Shown: piece by piece, positions 59,659-64,000 of the stretch | Layout: each line of letters starts with the position of its first letter | How positions within the stretch are numbered: position 1 is the first letter of the stretch | Assembly: GCA_963726245.1 (NCBI GenBank) | Contig: CAVSBT010000030.1 | Coordinates: 128,001-192,000, forward strand | Direction of reading: 5' to 3' | Source of the DNA: an uncultured Chloroflexia bacterium | GTDB lineage: Bacteria > Chloroflexota > Dehalococcoidia > DSTF01 > JALHUB01 | Length of the DNA: 64,000 nt | Translations under genes and position numbers: made by a program | Notes under the pieces: generated by a model | What the model was told of the DNA's origin: nothing | Database searches by the model: none | Seen by the model: only the letters and a program-made list of their open reading frames with translations

Positions 59659-60834
59659 ATGGTTGACTTCGCCCTCTCTGAAGAAGAACGGATGATCAGA
59701 GATCTGACGCACGAGTTCGCGGAAAAGGAGATCCGCCCCGTCGCCGAGTACTACGACGAGCACGAGGGGGAGTACCCGACCCCCGTAATCAAGAAGGCCG
59801 CCGAGTTGGGCCTGAGCCATGGGCGTCTTCGGTGGTGCCGGTGGCATTAGCGGCGTCCTCATCGTCGAGGAGCTGTCATGGGGCTGCTCTGGCATCGCGC
59901 TGGCCATCGTCTCCAGCGGCCTCGCCGCCGCGGCCATCCACGCCATGGGCACGGACGAGCAGAAGGCCAAGTTCCTGCCCATGTGCGTGAGCACAGAGGA
60001 TGAGATCCGCATTGGCGCCTACGGCCTGACCGAGCCTGAGGCAGGGTCCGATGTCGCCAATCTCTCCACCACCGCCGTCCGCGATGGCGACTTCTACGTC
60101 CTCAACGGCACCAAGCGCTTCATCACGAACGGTGGCATCGCCGACGTGCACGTGATCTACGCCACTGAGGACAAGAGCAAGGGCTGGGGCGGCCTGTGCG
60201 CCTTCGCCATCGAGAAAGGCACGCCGGGGCTGACTGAGGGCACGGTGTGGAAGAAGATGGGCATTCGCGCCTCCCACACCTCCGACGTCATCCTGGACGA
60301 TTGCCGGGTCCCGGCGGGGAACCGTCTCGGAGACCCGCCCGGCCAGGCCAGGGAAGGCCAGCCGCCCGCGGCGCCTTTGGAGCGCTGACCGCTCTGGAGC
60401 GCACGCGGCCCGTCATCGGCTCCTTCGCCCTCGGCATAGGCCGCGCCGCCCTCGAGTACGCGGTGAACTACGCGAAGGAGCGCATCCAGTTCGGCAAGCC
60501 CATCGCCACAAGGCAGGCCATCGCCTTCAAGCTGGCGGACATGGCGATTGAGATAGACGCCGCCCGCATGCTCATCTGGCGCGCCGCCTGGATGGCCACA
60601 ACCGGCGTCCCCTTCCTGCGGGCCGAGGGCAGCATGGCCAAGTGCTACCCTTCGGACGTGGCCATGCGGGTGACCATCGACGCCCTCCAGATCCTCGGGG
60701 GCTACGGCTACATGCGGGAGTTCCCAGTGGAGAAGTGGGTGCGCGACGCCAAGATCTTCCAGATCTTCGAGGGCACCAACGAGATCCAGCGCATCGTCAT
60801 CTCGCGCGCCCTCATCGGGTCCAAACTGAGCTAG
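59659..60834 (+). CDS. Acyl-CoA dehydrogenase (frameshifts near 59820 and 60375)
   Basis: MVDFALSEE, YGLTEPEAGSD, NGTKRFITNG, KMGIRAS, QILGGYGY, IFEGTNEIQR. Confidence 0.93.
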
Positions 60835-60862
60835 CAGACTGCTGGCGCAAAGACGTGAAGGC

Positions 60863-60897
60863 CGGACCCCGGGCTTTTCGAGCCCGGGGTCCGCTTT
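60863..60897 (+). terminator. Intrinsic terminator
   Basis: CGGACCCCGGGCT-TTTCG-AGCCCGGGGTCCG followed by CTTT. Confidence 0.72.
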
Positions 60898-61002
60898 CCC
60901 TTCGCGGCCCCCTCGATTCCGGCCCCTTGACCGCCGGGCGGCCCGCGAGCACTCTAGCACGAGAACCGTGAGGTTCACGGCTGAACGGCCGGAGGGGAGA
61001 AG

Positions 61003-62051
61003 ATGCGCCGCATCCTCCTGGCACTGCTGGCGCTCATAGCGCTCATCGCGATGGCCTGTGGGGACGACGGAAGCCCTGCACCCACCGTCACGCCAACCAG
61101 GCTGGCGGTCGTCTGCCCTCAAAGACAGCGGTGCCCAGCGTCACGCCCACCCAGGCGCCACCACTACCCCCGGCCATGGCCAACGCCCCCACTTTCCAGG
61201 AGATCCCGACCTACGACGGGTCGGGGCAGGCGACGCACCCCGATATCGCCTACTTTCCCGACGGCTGGCATGGGTACAAGTATTGGATGGCTATGACGCC
61301 GTACACGTACGATAGCGCCGGCCGCGAGAATCCCAGCATCGTCGTCTCGAACGACGGCTCCTCATGGCTGGTGCCGCCCGGCCTGACGAACCCGCTCGTG
61401 CCGGCGCCAGCGTGCGACCACAACAGCGACCCCGACCTCGTCTACAACCCTGACACCGACGAGCTGTATCTCTACTACACCGAATCGCAGCGCGCCCAGT
61501 TCTGCGGCTCCGTCAACGAGAACCTCCTGCGCCTGATGAGGTCGCCGGACGGCGTCCGCTGGAGCGCCCCGCAGACGGTGATAAGCTGGGACCTGGGCAA
61601 GGACCCCTTCTATGTGTCGCCGGCGGTGGTCTACCGGCGCGGCTCCTTCGAGATGTGGCTGGCCGGCGACACCGGCGTCATCCGCGCGACCAGCGAAGAC
61701 GGCGTCACCTGGTCCGCCCTTCAGCCGGTGAGCATCGACGGCGCGCCGTGGCACCTCGACGTGGCCTACGTCGAAGGGGAGTCGCAGTACTGGATGCTCT
61801 TCGTCGATTCGCCCCTCGCCGGCTCCAGGCTGAGGCTGGCCACGAGCGAGGACGGGGTCACCTGGAACGTCGTGCCGGCTCCGCTCCTGGCGCCCGGCGC
61901 TGGCTGGGACGACGAGCGGATATACAGGGCGACCTTCCTATACGACAGCGGGAGGCTGCGGGTCTGGTATGCGGCGAGGAGCGGCGCCGGACAGTGGCAC
62001 GTGGGCTACTCAGAGGCGGTACGCGAAGCTCTCGGCTTGACCGGAGGCTGA
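61003..62051 (+). CDS. Lipoprotein with a beta-propeller glycoside hydrolase-like domain (frameshift near 61120)
   Basis: Lipobox IAMAC, P/T-rich linker, IPTYDGSGQATHPD, repeated SxDGxxW Asp-box-like motifs. Confidence 0.78.
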
Positions 62052-62061
62052 CGAGGAACAG

Positions 62062-62138
62062 TGGAGCGGGGGACGGGGTTCGAACCCGCGACAACCTGCT
62101 TGGAAGGCAGGAGCTCTACCAGACTGAGCTACCCCCGC
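62062..62138 (-). tRNA. tRNA-Gly (anticodon TCC)
   Basis: Minus strand GCGGGGGTAGCTCAGTCTGGTAGAGCTCCTGCCTTCCAAGCAGGTTGTCGCGGGTTCGAACCCCGTCCCCCGCTCCA: full cloverleaf with encoded CCA; extended -10 TGcTAGAAT at 62151-62159. Confidence 0.97.
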
Positions 62139-62153
62139 TCGTCGCGCTACATT

Positions 62154-62765
62154 CTAGCACAGCCGCCCGTACCGCCGCCGCGCTCGGACGCGATGGCGCT
62201 GCCGGAATCCCTGTGCCGTCGCCGTCGCCGGCGGCGGGAGAGCGCACGCCGGAATCGCTTGCGGTTCCGGCGTCGCTGTAGGTGAAGGTGAGAACGTAGG
62301 CTGAGCAGGAGGGGTAGGCTCCGGAGCAACCGTCGATGTAGCGCCACTGGTGGGAAACAGCGGGGTATTGCCTGCGGCCGGGTTTCCTTCAAACGCCATC
62401 GTGATTACAACACTTGTACCCCACCACCAGAAGGACGGCAACTCCCGTCCAAGCCCATTTGAACCGCTTCCGCCACGGTGCCCACAACCACATGAGCACC
62501 AGCCCAATGGGGAAGTAGACCAACAGTGCGGCAATGATTATCGCCTCATGCTGCCACCAGGGTCTCTTCCTTCGTGAACCAGTCAAAGAGCTCATCAGCG
62601 CGTTGCACCCACCCACAAGGCCAGCGGTTTCGGCTGAGACGGTACGCTACCAGGCGCGGGCGCGTCAACCACATCAGCGCGTCAGTGGAAGATGGGCCGG
62701 TGTCGATCGATGAGAGTTGTGGTTTCCTCCGTAGAGTCGCGCATGGCGCGCTGCGGCCGGGGCAC
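62154..62765 (-). CDS. Hypothetical membrane protein with P/T-rich tail (frameshifted, possibly 3'-truncated)
   Basis: PWWQHEAIIIAALLVYFPIGLVLMWLWAPWRKRFKW hydrophobic segment, then a PEPTPP..TATP linker in a shifted frame. Confidence 0.5.
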
Positions 62766-62822
62766 GCTATCTGGTAGCATAACGAGGCGTTCAGGAGGTT
62801 CCGCCCTCTGGAGACCGCACGC

Positions 62823-63383
62823 ATGAACGTGCTCCATCGCTGGTACTGCAATTCCGACCGCTGGAGGCGGACGTTGCAGGGCACATACCTGCCGGCCGTC
62901 CTCCACGACCTCGATCTCGGGGATGACGTGCTGGAGATCGGGCCGGGGCCGGGCGCCGCCACCGACTGGCTGCGAACGCGCGTCGCGCGGCTGACATGCG
63001 TCGAGATCGACCACAAGCTGGCCGACGCGCTGAAGCGGCGGATGGCCGGCACGAACGTCACGGTGATCGAAGGCGACGCGACGTCGCTCTCGTTGCCCGA
63101 CGCGTCGTTCAGCGCCGCGCTGTCGTTCGTGATGCTGCATCACGTGCCGTCGCGCCTGCACGACGCGCTGCTGCGCGAGGCCGCGCGCGTATTGCGCTCG
63201 GGCGGCGTCTTCGCCGGCATGGACAGCACGCCGAACTTCGTCTGGAACCTCTACCACCTCTTCGATGACCGCAACCCCGTCGACCCCTCGACGTTCCCAA
63301 CCCGCCTCCAATCCGCTGGCTTCACCGACGTGGACGTGCGCTCCGCCGGCGGCGGCTTCTGGTGGCGTGCGCGCAAGGGGTGA
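62823..63383 (+). CDS. Class I SAM-dependent methyltransferase
   Basis: VLEIGPGPG, VEID, GDAT.L.LPDASF, MLHHVP, RVLRSGG. Confidence 0.92.
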   Translation: MNVLHRWYCNSDRWRRTLQGTYLPAVLHDLDLGDDVLEIGPGPGAATDWLRTRVARLTCVEIDHKLADALKRRMAGTNVTVIEGDATSLSLPDASFSAALSFVMLHHVPSRLHDALLREAARVLRSGGVFAGMDSTPNFVWNLYHLFDDRNPVDPSTFPTRLQSAGFTDVDVRSAGGGFWWRARKG

Positions 63384-63525
63384 GCCCCCGAACAGGCTAT
63401 CCCCGCTCGTTGAGAGTGTGACCAACCCCGCACGGCGCCCAAGTACCGACCCGACGCGCTGGGCCAGAGGACTTCTCTGCAGACGATCCGTGGCCGATGA
63501 TCCTTAGGGGAGGCCGAAGCAAACC

Positions 63526-64000
63526 TTGGCACAGCACCAGGCGGCCACCTTGTCCACATCCAAGTACCCGAAACGGCGTCTGCAGCGAGCTCTGGTGGTC
63601 GGCGGCGGGCTGTTCTTCGCTATCTACGCTGCGGGCACCTTGCTGCGCCCGAGCGAAAACTACCTCCGCTTCCAGACGGACATCCTGTATGAGTTGCCAG
63701 CGCTTGTCAGCGCTCGGCGTATCCGCCGTCGCGATCGCCGGCAGCCGCGGCCGCGAGCGGTTGGGGTGGATCTGCATGGCCTTCGTGCTGTTCGCCTGGC
63801 TGCTCGGTGACAGCACCTATTCCTACTATGACCTCGCGCTCGACCGGGAGACGCCGTTTCCAGGATGGGCCGACGTCTGGTACTACGCCGGATACCTAGC
63901 GTTCATAGCGGCGATTCCACTCCTCACGTTTCCAAAGGAGAAGCTGCGGGACTACCGATGGCTGGTGGACGCGGGCATCATCATGGTCGTCGGCGGCGCC
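63526..64000 (+). CDS. Multi-pass membrane sensor N-terminus (partial, frameshifted; runs off the window)
   Basis: Hydrophobic helices with ERLGW..WLLGD..PFPGWADVWYYAGY, typical of sensor regions of GGDEF/EAL proteins or kinases. Confidence 0.65.

Noticed and set aside
62062-62138. tRNA-Gly as an integration site for an island
   Set aside because: No duplicated tRNA 3' end or integrase seen in the window

Overview
GC-rich bacterial chromosome segment, probably Chloroflexota/Dehalococcoidia-like. This is inferred from the GAAC-N4-GTTC LexA box, pan leader RNA, split archaeal-type glutamate synthase and an F420-dependent PPOX enzyme. Many core genes (kdpA, kdpB, dnaE2, ruvA, ruvC, panB, mutM, polA, PFOR, acs) are broken by single-base indels, most simply explained by an unpolished long-read assembly, so genes are reported as reconstructed spans. 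Content in order: kdpFABC with a pseudo-receiver and a short KdpD; a LexA-boxed imuB/ImuB-C/dnaE2 mutasome cassette; yebC-ruvC-ruvA-GGDEF-uvrB; panD-panB-panC behind a pan RNA attenuator; polA-HEPN-alkD-mutM-peptidase S58; threonine aldolase; a two-gene fused PFOR; a DAHP-synthase homolog lacking nearly all catalytic residues; a direct-repeat-flanked GH13 gene; an amidase; a degenerate-GGDEF protein with an acidic repeat; acyl-CoA dehydrogenases; MarR; a ferredoxin/FAD/GltB1-B2-B3 cluster; acs; nitroreductase; moeB; haloalkane dehalogenase; an abfD-like dehydratase; GGDEF/HD-GYP; tRNA-Gly(TCC). Best leads: (1) an unassigned three-way-junction kissing-loop RNA in the abfD leader; (2) a full-length pseudo-DAHP synthase retaining its ACT domain; (3) REP-like palindromes that sit inside the SOS polymerase genes and border low-GC orphan genes (HEPN, HTH_17); (4) an I-site-only GGDEF protein with a disordered acidic repeat.
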